Shown piece after piece: positions 9,693 through 19,345 of a DNA stretch of 64,000 bases. The notes under the pieces were generated by a model. It searched no databases. It saw nothing but the letters and a program-made list of their open reading frames with translations, and had not been told where the DNA came from. Origin of the DNA: Candidatus Avamphibacillus sp. (lineage in GTDB: Bacteria > Bacillota > Bacilli > Bacillales > Amphibacillaceae); the NCBI GenBank assembly GCA_035301745.1, contig DATGTS010000064.1, forward strand, positions 13,317 to 77,316. Reading direction: 5' to 3'. A program made the translations under genes and the position numbers. Within the stretch, counting starts at the first letter, position 1. Each line of letters opens with the position of its first letter.

Positions 9693-11009
9693 TTAAAGTC
9701 GCCATATAGTGATATTTTCAGGAAGTTCATTTTTCGGAATGATACCTTTTAAATCCATGACGATTCCGTTGTTTTTCAATAGATTCTTTAGATAGCTGAA
9801 GTCTTTTTTGAATTCCTCATGAGGGACAGCCAAAATAACGATGTCAGCTTTTTTTAATTGGCTCAGTTGCTTAAGTTGGATGTGATGGGTTGATTTCAAT
9901 TCATCCCCATCCGCATATGGATCACAAGTTTGAGGTGATATACCAAATTGTTTTAACTTATTTATTATGTCCAGTGCTTTTGAATTTCTCATATCTGAGA
10001 TATTTTCTTTAAAAGTGGTGCCTAACACGGTCACATGGAGATTTTTTAAATTCATTTTATGAGAAATTATTAATTGAAGTAATGACTGTACGATATAATC
10101 GGGCATAAATTCATTGATAGCTCTTGCCGTTGTTAAGAAATCTGGTTCATATCCTTTTACTCTTGATTGGTGAATTAAATAATAAGGATCAACTCCAATA
10201 CAGTGTCCTCCAACTAATCCAGGCGTAAAGGGGAGGAAGTTCCATTTTGTCTTTGCTGCTTTTAATACTTCATACGTGTCTATATTCATCTTGTTGAAAA
10301 TAATTGAAAGTTCATTCATTAAAGCAATGTTCACATCGCGCTGTGTATTTTCGACAACTTTAGATGCTTCTGCAACCTTGATTGATGGTGCCTCATAAAC
10401 TTCAGCAGTAATCACTTGATGATAGAGATAGGAAATTTTATTCATTGCAGTTATATTTTGCCCTGCAATCACTTTTGGGATGTTGGTAAATGTGCGCTTT
10501 TTATCACCAGGATTAATCCTTTCTGGTGAATACCCAACAAAAAAGTCTTCTCCGGCAGTTAAATGGGAGTGTTTTTCTAAAATTGGAATACAAACATCCT
10601 CCGTTGTGCCGGGGTAAACGGTTGATTCATAAATAACGGTTGTATTTGGAGTAAGTTGTCTGCCAATGGTGACAGAAGCTTCTTTCAGAAACGTTAAATT
10701 TGGCTTTTTCTCTGGTGTAATTGGTGTAGGGACTGCAACAATGATATAACTGCATTCTTTTAATTTATTAGGCTCCGATACAAATTCAATGGAGGCATTT
10801 TCTATTTCTGTTTTTGAAAACTCACCCTGTGGGTCGATGTTATTTTTTAGCATATTTACTTTTTTCTGATTTACATCAAAACCGATAACTTGATATTTTT
10901 GAGAGAAACCTATCGCCGCTGGCAGTCCGACAAACCCTAACCCAACGACAGCAATTTTGGAAGACTTTTTTTTGTTTTTTTCATCTTTAATCGTGGTGTA
11001 GTCTATCAT
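9693..11009 (-). CDS. UDP-N-acetylhexosamine 6-dehydrogenase (WbpA/TviB type)
   Basis: GLGFVG Rossmann motif, ESTVYPG, SPERINPG, GGHCIGVDPYYL. Confidence 0.92.
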   Translation of the reverse strand: MIDYTTIKDEKNKKKSSKIAVVGLGFVGLPAAIGFSQKYQVIGFDVNQKKVNMLKNNIDPQGEFSKTEIENASIEFVSEPNKLKECSYIIVAVPTPITPEKKPNLTFLKEASVTIGRQLTPNTTVIYESTVYPGTTEDVCIPILEKHSHLTAGEDFFVGYSPERINPGDKKRTFTNIPKVIAGQNITAMNKISYLYHQVITAEVYEAPSIKVAEASKVVENTQRDVNIALMNELSIIFNKMNIDTYEVLKAAKTKWNFLPFTPGLVGGHCIGVDPYYLIHQSRVKGYEPDFLTTARAINEFMPDYIVQSLLQLIISHKMNLKNLHVTVLGTTFKENISDMRNSKALDIINKLKQFGISPQTCDPYADGDELKSTHHIQLKQLSQLKKADIVILAVPHEEFKKDFSYLKNLLKNNGIVMDLKGIIPKNELPENITIWRL

Positions 11010-11250
11010 AATGCATTATCCTTTCTATGTTTCTTACTATTGGTATATGCGACGCGGAAAGAGTTTGTATATGTTTTAAAGTAAAAAAGGCTATCATCGC
11101 AGGGCTTTGAAATAGTTTAAAAATCTACCTTAGAAAATATTTCTCAGCTTATTTCTAGTTTTTCGGTAAAGTGTGGTAGACGCCGTCAATTCTGTTCTCT
11201 CGATAGAATAGTTTGCGAGTGAGAAGACTTATTAAAAAGGATGATGTTCA

Positions 11251-12354
11251 ATGATTCCAATTAGTAATCCCAAAAGTCAGTTCACTCTTATTCAAGATGA
11301 CATTTTAAAAGAAATGAAAACAATTTTACAGAGTGGTCAGTATATTTTAGGTGAAAATGTTGATGCATTGGAACAGGAAATAGCGAATCGACTTGGTGTC
11401 ACTGAAGCAATTGGTGTAGGGAATGGGACCGACGCTCTTGTGTTAACGCTTGATGCTTATGGTATTGGTAAAGGGGATGAAGTGATTACAACACCATATT
11501 CCTTTTTCGCAACAGCTGAAGCGATAACAAGAGTAGGCGCTACACCCATTTTTGCAGATGTGGATAGGGAGACATTTAATCTAGATCCGAATAAAGTAGA
11601 GGAAAAAGTAACAGCAAAAACAAAAGCAATTCTTCCTGTTCATTTATTTGGCCAGCCAGCTGAAATGGATAAAATAAATGCTATTGCAGCCGAGCATGCT
11701 CTTGTTGTCATTGAGGATGCATGTCAAGCTTTTGGTGCCACCTATAAAGGAAGACAGATCGGTGCATTAGGGGATGCAGCGTGTTTTTCTTTTTTCCCGA
11801 CTAAAAACTTATCAACAATGGGTGACGGGGGAGTAATTACAACATCTGACACGGATTTAGCGAAAAGATTAAGGACACTCAGGGCACACGGAAGCTATAA
11901 AAAATACTATCATCATGAAATTGGCTATAACAGCCGACTTGATGAAATTCACGCAACCATTATCTTAATTGGGCTAAAACATCTTGACGACTGGAATGGA
12001 CAAAGAAGAGAATTAGCGAAGCGTTATAAAAAGAATTTACAAGATATATCCAATCTAAAAATTCCTCAGATCATGGAAGATGTAACACATGTTTTTCATT
12101 TGTATTGCATTGAATCTGAGAAAAGAGACGAATTAGCTGAACAACTTTCCAATGAATCTATCCAAACAGGCATTTATTACCCACGTTGTATCCATCTTCA
12201 GAAAGCATATAAAACACTTGGTTATCAAACAGGTGATTTTCCAATTGCTGAATCTCTTTCCAGGCGGCTCCTAGCCATTCCTCTTTATCCAGGTTTATCC
12301 TTTAAGAACCAAGATAAAGTTATTTTTGCATTGAAAAAGGCGGTGAAGGAATGA
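11251..12354 (+). CDS. DegT/DnrJ/EryC1/StrS aminotransferase (WbpE-like)
   Basis: NGTDAL, EDACQA, SFFPTKNL (PLP lysine), GYNSRLD. Confidence 0.92.
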   Translation: MIPISNPKSQFTLIQDDILKEMKTILQSGQYILGENVDALEQEIANRLGVTEAIGVGNGTDALVLTLDAYGIGKGDEVITTPYSFFATAEAITRVGATPIFADVDRETFNLDPNKVEEKVTAKTKAILPVHLFGQPAEMDKINAIAAEHALVVIEDACQAFGATYKGRQIGALGDAACFSFFPTKNLSTMGDGGVITTSDTDLAKRLRTLRAHGSYKKYYHHEIGYNSRLDEIHATIILIGLKHLDDWNGQRRELAKRYKKNLQDISNLKIPQIMEDVTHVFHLYCIESEKRDELAEQLSNESIQTGIYYPRCIHLQKAYKTLGYQTGDFPIAESLSRRLLAIPLYPGLSFKNQDKVIFALKKAVKE

Positions 12355-13409
12355 TGCTTCGTGCTGGTTTAATTGGATGTGGTTTCATCTCAGAAAAACA
12401 TTTAAAAACGATGTCCAGATTGGGGGAAATGTCACTTACGGCGGTGAGTGATCTTCGCCAGGAAAGAATGGAAGCTGCGGTGAAATTTTATCAAAACCAA
12501 GATAAACAGATGGCTATCTCACAATATACCGATTACCACGATTTACTAGAAGCCAGAAATATAGATATTGTCATTATTTCAGTTATCTCTGGATTGCACG
12601 CTGAAATAGCTATAAGGGCACTTCAGAAAGGTAAACATGTGATTATAGAAAAACCTCTCGCCCTTTCACTTCAGGATGCAAATAGAATTATCGAATTAGC
12701 AAAAAAGCATCATAAAAAAGTTCTCGTCTGCCATCAATTGCGCTACAAGCCAATGCTGCACAAGTTAAAAGAGCTACTACAAAAAGGATATTTCGGAGAA
12801 CCTTATTTTGGAATGGTTTCTCTCCGTCTCAACCGATCTCCCGAATATTTCTCATCTGCTGCTTGGAAAGGAACTTGGGAAAAAGATGGTGGTATGTTAA
12901 TCAATCAAGGGATTCATATGATTGATTTATTAGTTTGGCTGATGGGGGACGTAAAGTCGGTATACGGAGAAATCGCCACAAATGAGGAAAATAAGGAAAT
13001 TGAAGACGTGGCAACAGGAATTGTCACTTTTAATAATCATGCTAAAGGTCTGATTGAAGCAAACACGATTACCAAACCAAAAAACCTTGGCTACTGTTTA
13101 TCGATTTTTGCGAGAAAAGGTGCTATCTGCTTAGGTGGTAAAGGTCTTAATAAAATAAAACATTGCTATCTTGATGATTATCCTGATTTAAAACAAGACT
13201 TACTCGCATTGGGTGAGGAGCCAGATGAGCATTATCGAATGTATCAAGATTTTTTAAGGGCAATTAGGGAAGATAGCGAACATTTAATGACACCAAAGGA
13301 AGGAAAAAAAGCATTAGAAACCATTTTTGCACTTTATCAAGCAAATAATAGCCAAAAACCAACTACCCTACCGATGAATGACTTCTCAACGAAGGAAATG
13401 TTGGAGTAG
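12351..13409 (+). CDS. Gfo/Idh/MocA oxidoreductase (WbpB-like sugar 3-dehydrogenase)
   Basis: GCGFIS, EKP, WKGTWEKDGGMLINQGIHMID. Confidence 0.85.
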   Translation: MMLRAGLIGCGFISEKHLKTMSRLGEMSLTAVSDLRQERMEAAVKFYQNQDKQMAISQYTDYHDLLEARNIDIVIISVISGLHAEIAIRALQKGKHVIIEKPLALSLQDANRIIELAKKHHKKVLVCHQLRYKPMLHKLKELLQKGYFGEPYFGMVSLRLNRSPEYFSSAAWKGTWEKDGGMLINQGIHMIDLLVWLMGDVKSVYGEIATNEENKEIEDVATGIVTFNNHAKGLIEANTITKPKNLGYCLSIFARKGAICLGGKGLNKIKHCYLDDYPDLKQDLLALGEEPDEHYRMYQDFLRAIREDSEHLMTPKEGKKALETIFALYQANNSQKPTTLPMNDFSTKEMLE

Positions 13410-13444
13410 TACGAGTGATGCTGTCAAAGAAATGAGGTGATTGA

Positions 13445-14143
13445 ATGATTCATTCTACAGTCAAGATCGGTGAAAACGTAGCAATAGGGGAGTATGTAGT
13501 TATTGAGAAAGATGTTGTTATTGGAAATGATGTGGCTATTGGTCATCATGTTGTCATTAAAGAAGGAACGATCATAGGAGATGGTGTGTCTGTTGCAGAT
13601 TTTACTTTACTCGGCAAGTCTCCTTTCGCGAATAATAATATGGCTAGAAAACCTTCCAAAAATTTATCACCACTTTTCATTGGTAATGATGTGAAAATTG
13701 GCAGTCATAATGCAATTTACCGTGGAACTACCCTTTCAGAAGGTGTACTTGTAGGAGATTTAGCAAGTATAAGAGAAGACGTTATAGCAGGTAAGAATAC
13801 TATAATCGGCAGAAATGCAGTGGTAGAAAATAATACTCAAATTGGAGATAACGTTACAATTCAAACAGGTTCCTATGTAACTGCTAATATGGTGATAGAA
13901 GATGATGTATTTATCGGTCCATGTTTTTCATCTTCCAATGATAAATATATGGGAAAAGGAAATGAAAAATTAAAAGGTCCTATACTCAAAAAAGGCTCAA
14001 AAATTGGTAACAATGCATCATTGTTACCTGGTGTGGTTATAGGTGAACAAGCGATTGTAGGTGCTGGGGCAGTAGTGACAAGAAACGTACAATCAAACGT
14101 AACTGTAGTTGGTAACCCTGCAAAATCAATCAAAAGGAATTAA
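13445..14143 (+). CDS. hexapeptide-repeat N-acetyltransferase (WbpD/WlbB-like)
   Basis: Left-handed beta-helix repeats, EDDVFIGP..SND, VVGNPA. Confidence 0.88.
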   Translation: MIHSTVKIGENVAIGEYVVIEKDVVIGNDVAIGHHVVIKEGTIIGDGVSVADFTLLGKSPFANNNMARKPSKNLSPLFIGNDVKIGSHNAIYRGTTLSEGVLVGDLASIREDVIAGKNTIIGRNAVVENNTQIGDNVTIQTGSYVTANMVIEDDVFIGPCFSSSNDKYMGKGNEKLKGPILKKGSKIGNNASLLPGVVIGEQAIVGAGAVVTRNVQSNVTVVGNPAKSIKRN

Positions 14144-14228
14144 GTTCCAAGCACATTCAATCATATAGACGAAAGAGAAGGGTGCCAGATTTTCTCCTCG
14201 CACCCTATCACTTTTGTGGCCAAGCTTA

Positions 14229-14813
14229 TTATTCAATTGGTGGAAATTCACAAGCAGGAATCGGTGTAATTGGATTAAGACAAGTGATGGCGTTGAAACC
14301 ATCTAGATCCACTGTTAAACATATACCTGTAGCAAGGAAATCTGTCACTGGGTTATTTTTTGGAAAAAATGGACATACACTGCTATGTGAATCCATAGAA
14401 GGTGCAGGTATATCACAATCTTCTGTTACTGGAAGGAGAAGCTCTAAAATCACACAATTTTCTTTACCACCAACAAATTTTTTAGCACGAAAAATGGGAG
14501 ACTCCACACACCCAAAAAAAGATTGGCAATTATCTTCTGGAGGAGATTGAAACACCCCACTTCCTATAAAAGGTTGACAAGTGTGAGAACAATAAAGAAT
14601 AAAAGGGATCGTCGTATGATGAGAATCTGGGTTTTCTTTTTGTGTTAGAAGTTGTTTAATTGAACTTTTACAATTACTATTACAATCGTTTTCTACTTCA
14701 TTTTGTGCCTGAATAATTCGGCTAACTTCTTGTTTGACACAAGGACCAGAATATTCGCGGGCTGACTTTTTTTGTCTTTCCCTCACTGGTGCATTTTTTC
14801 TTCTTCTGTACAT
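14229..14813 (-). CDS. CotY/CotZ family spore coat/crust protein
   Basis: Cys-rich; CV..V..II.AQ, TIPFILYC, PF.G, SPIFR, TGICLTVDL..F.AITCL motifs; RBS AGGAGAG before ATG 14813. Confidence 0.88.
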   Translation of the reverse strand: MYRRRKNAPVRERQKKSAREYSGPCVKQEVSRIIQAQNEVENDCNSNCKSSIKQLLTQKENPDSHHTTIPFILYCSHTCQPFIGSGVFQSPPEDNCQSFFGCVESPIFRAKKFVGGKENCVILELLLPVTEDCDIPAPSMDSHSSVCPFFPKNNPVTDFLATGICLTVDLDGFNAITCLNPITPIPACEFPPIE

Positions 14814-14854
14814 GCTATCTCTCCTTAACATCCTATAAATTTGGTTATCCATAC

Positions 14855-14884
14855 TACTATATGTAGAGGAATGAATGTAAGGTT
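14855..14884 (-). promoter_or_regulatory. sigmaK-like promoter
   Basis: Minus strand AACC-N17-CATATAGTA upstream of the cotY/Z-like gene. Confidence 0.6.
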
Positions 14885-15032
14885 GTATGATAGTCTAGTA
14901 GTGATATATTCATTAAAATGTAATAATTATCGGTTTTATAGGTGTTACGCCAATTCATATTTGACGAATAAGCATAGAATAAAGTAATCCAATACAAGGC
15001 TTGTAGGGATTGCCCATGAATGATATCTCATT

Positions 15033-15069
15033 ATAGAAAGCCATCTGATCCATGGCTTTCTATTTTTTT
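15033..15069 (+). terminator. orphan intrinsic terminator
   Basis: ATAGAAAGCCAT...ATGGCTTTCTAT followed by T-run, with no + strand gene directly upstream. Confidence 0.6.
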
Positions 15070-15310
15070 ATAAAAATATCATCGATCATTACGTCTACCT
15101 AGTAGTCTATCGACTATTTAATAAACTCTTATCCTGTAAATTGCTACTTATTAGTTAAAATATGCGTTTGTACTTGTACATCTATCTACTCAAAATTAAA
15201 TCAGATACATATAGTGTTAGTGTAAGGAAGTTAATTACGAACTATTTAAATAGATAGTTGATAGGAGAAGAGAACTTCCAAAATAAATTTTAAATAGGAG
15301 GAATTTTACT

Positions 15311-16036
15311 ATGACAAAAAGAAGAAATTTCTATCATAGGCAGGCACATCATAGAGAGGATACCTGTAGACATGGTCGCGTAATAGAAAAATGTGATGTA
15401 TGCTATGAGGATCACGGTGAATTAGTAGAAAAAGTTGTTTGCACGGAAAATGTGCAAAGAACAGCGGAATTAGCATTACCTGTATCCCTTGCACCAGGAC
15501 CTGTTGTTGATGCAATTTTAGGACTTCTACCAGGTGTTACGAATGTTGTGGTTACACCAGATTACTCAGGAATACAGCAAGAAATTACCGTATTGAAAGA
15601 TAAAGTGATCCACTTTGGTTATGTACCAGCAACAATTGATGTAACCGGAACACTGCCAGGTCTACCAGCTAATCTAAGCATTCCAATTAGAGTCTACTTC
15701 CAAGAACACACGGACTGTCCTGGTGTTTGCCCTGGAGATTATGTTATTGAATCAAAACCTCAAGTTGAAGCAGAGTTAAATGAGCCATTAATAAACCAAG
15801 AGCCTGGAGGGGCATCATTAAATTTACTTTTATTCAAAGCAGTTATTCGTTCTCAATTAACGGTTGTGCGTAAGGGTGTTGAAAGAGACGGAAAAATTTG
15901 TGACCTTGATCCTCGTCGTTGTTACCCGAATGTAAGACCAGAAACAATCAACTCTCCATTAAATTTAACTACTGGCATCAATACAGGAGGTAATACCACT
16001 CAACCAATCGCTCCACCAAATCCACCAGCTCCATAA
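15311..16036 (+). CDS. putative spore coat protein (SPOCS/DUF3794-like fold suspected)
   Basis: RBS GGAGG; His/Cys-rich N-terminus, ITVLKDKVI and FQEHTDCPGVCPGD motifs, Pro-rich tail; next to cotY/Z. Confidence 0.6.
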   Translation: MTKRRNFYHRQAHHREDTCRHGRVIEKCDVCYEDHGELVEKVVCTENVQRTAELALPVSLAPGPVVDAILGLLPGVTNVVVTPDYSGIQQEITVLKDKVIHFGYVPATIDVTGTLPGLPANLSIPIRVYFQEHTDCPGVCPGDYVIESKPQVEAELNEPLINQEPGGASLNLLLFKAVIRSQLTVVRKGVERDGKICDLDPRRCYPNVRPETINSPLNLTTGINTGGNTTQPIAPPNPPAP

Positions 16037-16052
16037 ACCAAAAAATTCTTAT

Positions 16053-16083
16053 TAAACCCTGGCATGTAGGATGCCAGGGTTTA
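16053..16083 (+). terminator. hairpin/terminator after the coat-like gene
   Basis: TAAACCCTGGCAT-GTAGG-ATGCCAGGGTTTA perfect 13-bp stem. Confidence 0.7.
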
Positions 16084-16224
16084 GTATTGAATGAAAACGT
16101 GTTTTATGGAGAATGGACAGCCTTCTGCCGAGTACATCCTTTCTTTAAAATGCTGGGCTTCATTTTACGTCATATGCTTATACAATCTAAAAAATGGGAA
16201 TCATAAGGAGTGAGGTGATAAAAA

Positions 16225-16431
16225 GTGATATTATCTATTTTCATCAATCCAACCGTTCGTTTAATCTTAAGTCTAATTGTTCTTATTGTCTTAGCATACA
16301 TATTAATTAAATTTCGTGCGAATAAAAATTCCCGTGGTGATTCCCTTGATATTTTACAAGAACGCTTGGAAAAAGGAGAAATTACGCAAGAAGATTATGA
16401 TGAAGCAAAGAGAAGGCGAGGAAAAAAATAA
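16225..16431 (+). CDS. small membrane protein with SHOCT domain
   Basis: TM helix then LDILQERLEKGEITQEDY; RBS GAGGTG. Confidence 0.85.
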   Translation: MILSIFINPTVRLILSLIVLIVLAYILIKFRANKNSRGDSLDILQERLEKGEITQEDYDEAKRRRGKK

Positions 16432-16595
16432 AAATGTACCATTCTTTTTTAGATATGTTAAACTCTAAAAAAGAAATGGTACATTTTTATTATTATAAAC
16501 AGGCATAAATATGGTATTTTATAAGTAGCGTTTTAGGCAGCAGCTGAATAAATTAAAAATATATGAATTCATGATAAGGGAAGGGAAGTCTTCAA

Positions 16596-17702
16596 ATGAA
16601 AAAAATTAAGGTTGGGGTTATTTTTGGTGGTAAATCGGCTGAACATGAGGTGTCATTACAATCAGCAAAAAATATTGTGGAAGCCATGGATAGAGAGAAG
16701 TATGAACCCATTTTAATTGGAATTGATAAAAATGGGAAGTGGCACTTAAATGATCAATCCTCTTATTTACTCCATGCTGAAAATCCTAAACTTATTCAAT
16801 TAAATAAATCGAATGATCATGTCGCTTTAGTACCAGGAGAAATGGAAAAACAATTGATTCATGCAGAAGGTGGAGAAACATTAGAACAGCTCGATGTTAT
16901 TTTCCCAATTGTACATGGGACTTTAGGAGAAGATGGCAGCCTGCAAGGGATGCTTCGAATTACGAATCTTCCTTATGTCGGACCAGATGTATTAAGTTCT
17001 TCTATTTGTATGGATAAAGATATTGCCAAACGTCTGATGAAAGCGGAAGATATTAATGTTGCTGATGGAAAAGCTTATAAATATAGTGAACGAGATCTAA
17101 TAAATTATGATGAGCTTGTTGCTCAAATTGGTGAACCTATGTTTATTAAACCAGCTAATCAAGGTTCATCTGTCGGCGTAAGTAAGGTGTCAACGAAAGA
17201 AGAATTTGAAGCGGCAGTTGACAGCGCATTTGAATATGATGACAAAATTATTATCGAAGAAACATTAGTTGGTCGTGAGATTGAATTCTCTGTACTAGGA
17301 AATGAAGAGCCAATCGTTTCACTACCAGGGGAAATTTTACCTAATACAGAATTTTATTCGTATGAATCAAAGTATATTGATGAGGATGGTGCAGAATTAG
17401 CTGTGCCTGCTGACTTACCCGAGGAAACAACTGAAAAAATGCAGGAAGTTGCCCTGAAGGCATTCAAAACACTGCAATGTGAGGGACTTGCCCGCGTAGA
17501 CTTCTTCCTAACCGACGAAGGGGATATTTATGTTAATGAAGTAAATACATTGCCTGGTTTTACAAAAATCAGCATGTATCCAAAACTATGGGAAGAAAGT
17601 GGAATTGGGTATTCCGAGTTGATTAGTAAACTAATAGACCTTGCAATCGCAAGACATGAACGCCAGGAAAAATTAAAAAGTTCTGTATGGAGTGGTCAGT
17701 AA
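16596..17702 (+). CDS. ddl: D-alanine--D-alanine ligase
   Basis: GGKSAEHEVS, HGTLGEDG, GSSVG, FYSYESKY, NEVNTLPGFT. Confidence 0.95.
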   Translation: MKKIKVGVIFGGKSAEHEVSLQSAKNIVEAMDREKYEPILIGIDKNGKWHLNDQSSYLLHAENPKLIQLNKSNDHVALVPGEMEKQLIHAEGGETLEQLDVIFPIVHGTLGEDGSLQGMLRITNLPYVGPDVLSSSICMDKDIAKRLMKAEDINVADGKAYKYSERDLINYDELVAQIGEPMFIKPANQGSSVGVSKVSTKEEFEAAVDSAFEYDDKIIIEETLVGREIEFSVLGNEEPIVSLPGEILPNTEFYSYESKYIDEDGAELAVPADLPEETTEKMQEVALKAFKTLQCEGLARVDFFLTDEGDIYVNEVNTLPGFTKISMYPKLWEESGIGYSELISKLIDLAIARHERQEKLKSSVWSGQ

Positions 17703-17911
17703 ATTAAAAGAGTAACCTGTTTAACTAAAAAAGTAAATTTTGAAAGTGATATGGGCTTCCTTTGATAGGGAGCCTTTTCTTTTTGCTCATCTTTAACTAT
17801 TTCTAATCTAATGTTTAATCATGACTATATTGTGTCATTTCTAGAAAAAGGATTTTCTACTATGTTGAGATGGTATAATATTACCGAGAAACGATAATGG
17901 AGTGGTTTTGT

Positions 17912-18448
17912 ATGAAATTAAAAATTACTGTTATTATTTTAGTAGCATTCACCCTTTTAGCTGCTTGTAATGATCAGAATGATCCCAAAGAATTAAATAC
18001 GAATGCATCAACTCAAAATGTGAAAGAATTAGTAAATGAATACAGTCTTGGTAATTTTACGGATGAAGAAACAGCTTCGATTACATCCACGCAATTGATT
18101 GTAACTGATAGCAAGGATAATGAGGCCATCTATGAACTACCAGAAGATGAGTTTTTTGTTTCGATCGCCCCTTTTATTAATGAAACACATCCATGCACGA
18201 ATCATAGCTTAACTGGCTGTCAAGGTGAGTTAACGAATGAAGATTTTAGTATTCATATTGAAGATTTAGAAGGAAGTACAATTGTAGAAGAGACGGTGAA
18301 CTCCGGGGATAATGGATTTATCGATCTATGGCTTCCACGTGATAAGACATATCAAGTGAAAATTACTCAGGATGGCAAGGAAGTACAATCAGAACTATCC
18401 ACTTTTGAAAATGATGGAACTTGTATCACGACCATGCAGTTAAGTTAA
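17912..18448 (+). CDS. CueP family metal-binding lipoprotein
   Basis: Lipobox LAAC; SIAPFINETHPCTNHSLTGCQGE and TCITTMQL. Confidence 0.85.
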   Translation: MKLKITVIILVAFTLLAACNDQNDPKELNTNASTQNVKELVNEYSLGNFTDEETASITSTQLIVTDSKDNEAIYELPEDEFFVSIAPFINETHPCTNHSLTGCQGELTNEDFSIHIEDLEGSTIVEETVNSGDNGFIDLWLPRDKTYQVKITQDGKEVQSELSTFENDGTCITTMQLS

Positions 18449-18733
18449 AGAAATACATCTGTGTGAAGGCCATTTGATGAGCTGGATTGAATCTTGAATA
18501 GATTTTTAATCTGCATTGATAGTTGCAACGAGGTTTTGAACGAATCAGCCGTTAGAGGTGTTCTCACGGTACATAACCGACCGTTTCGTCTTTGAGTCTA
18601 CTGTGGTCTATTTCTAACAGTTCATCCATTCAAAAAAGGAGTGCTATCATAATGCTTGTCAATGCCATGCCCTATGATAGCACTCCTTTATTATTTCTAT
18701 GGACTCTAAAAAGTTAAGAGTACCAAGAGTACC

Positions 18734-19297
18734 TTATCCTTTATATCGTTCAAATTTTTCAATAGCTGGGATTCTGTCTTTTACAATCGGCTTTTCGTCA
18801 AAGTATCCTAAGTGCAGAAAGCCGACAATTTTTTCATTATCACCAACGCCTAAAATATCTTTTGTTTTTTGTTCATAAATATGTGGGTTTGTACGCCATA
18901 CAACGCCAAGTTGCTTTTCCCAGGCGAGTAACCAAAAGTTTTGAATCATCGCTGCTGTAGCACCATAATTTTCATCCCACTGTTTCTGCTTTTCAGGTTC
19001 TTCCATTACAACAACAAGATATGCACTTGGTTCATTTAAAAATGCTTCCCGATTTTCTTGTCTTTCCTCAGGATAAGTTGATGCAACTTTTTTGGCAAAG
19101 TCTGCTTTTTGATCTGCCCCCACAAAAATAAAACGCCAAGGCTGCCTCATCCCATGTGTAGGTGCCCAAATAGCATCTTCAAGTAATTCAAGTACTGCTT
19201 CTTCGGTTACCTCTTTATCATTATATCCTTTTTTGATTGCACGACGCTCACGGATAATGTGAGATAAATCTGTTTTGTTCTCTGTTAGTTCCATCAA
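18734..19297 (-). CDS. nitroreductase family protein (YfhC-like)
   Basis: RRAIK, APTHGMRQPWRF, QNFWLLAWEKQLG. Confidence 0.9.
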   Translation of the reverse strand: MMELTENKTDLSHIIRERRAIKKGYNDKEVTEEAVLELLEDAIWAPTHGMRQPWRFIFVGADQKADFAKKVASTYPEERQENREAFLNEPSAYLVVVMEEPEKQKQWDENYGATAAMIQNFWLLAWEKQLGVVWRTNPHIYEQKTKDILGVGDNEKIVGFLHLGYFDEKPIVKDRIPAIEKFERYKG

Positions 19298-19330
19298 TAA
19301 AAACCCCCATTGCTTTGATATGTGAGTAAT

Positions 19331-19345
19331 TGAAAATCATTATCA
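19331..19345. promoter_or_regulatory. Fur box
   Basis: TGAAAAT-C-ATTATCA, one mismatch to 7-1-7 TGATAAT-N-ATTATCA, upstream of the nitroreductase. Confidence 0.8.

Noticed and set aside
14182-14550. Antisense and nested ORFs such as 14182-14550, 49616-50095, 51956-52312 and 62873-63268
   Set aside because: They lie opposite well-supported genes and lack RBS or family motifs
18449-18632. 6S RNA or other known ncRNA downstream of the CueP gene
   Set aside because: Some self-complementarity but no recognisable 6S sequence motifs or promoter
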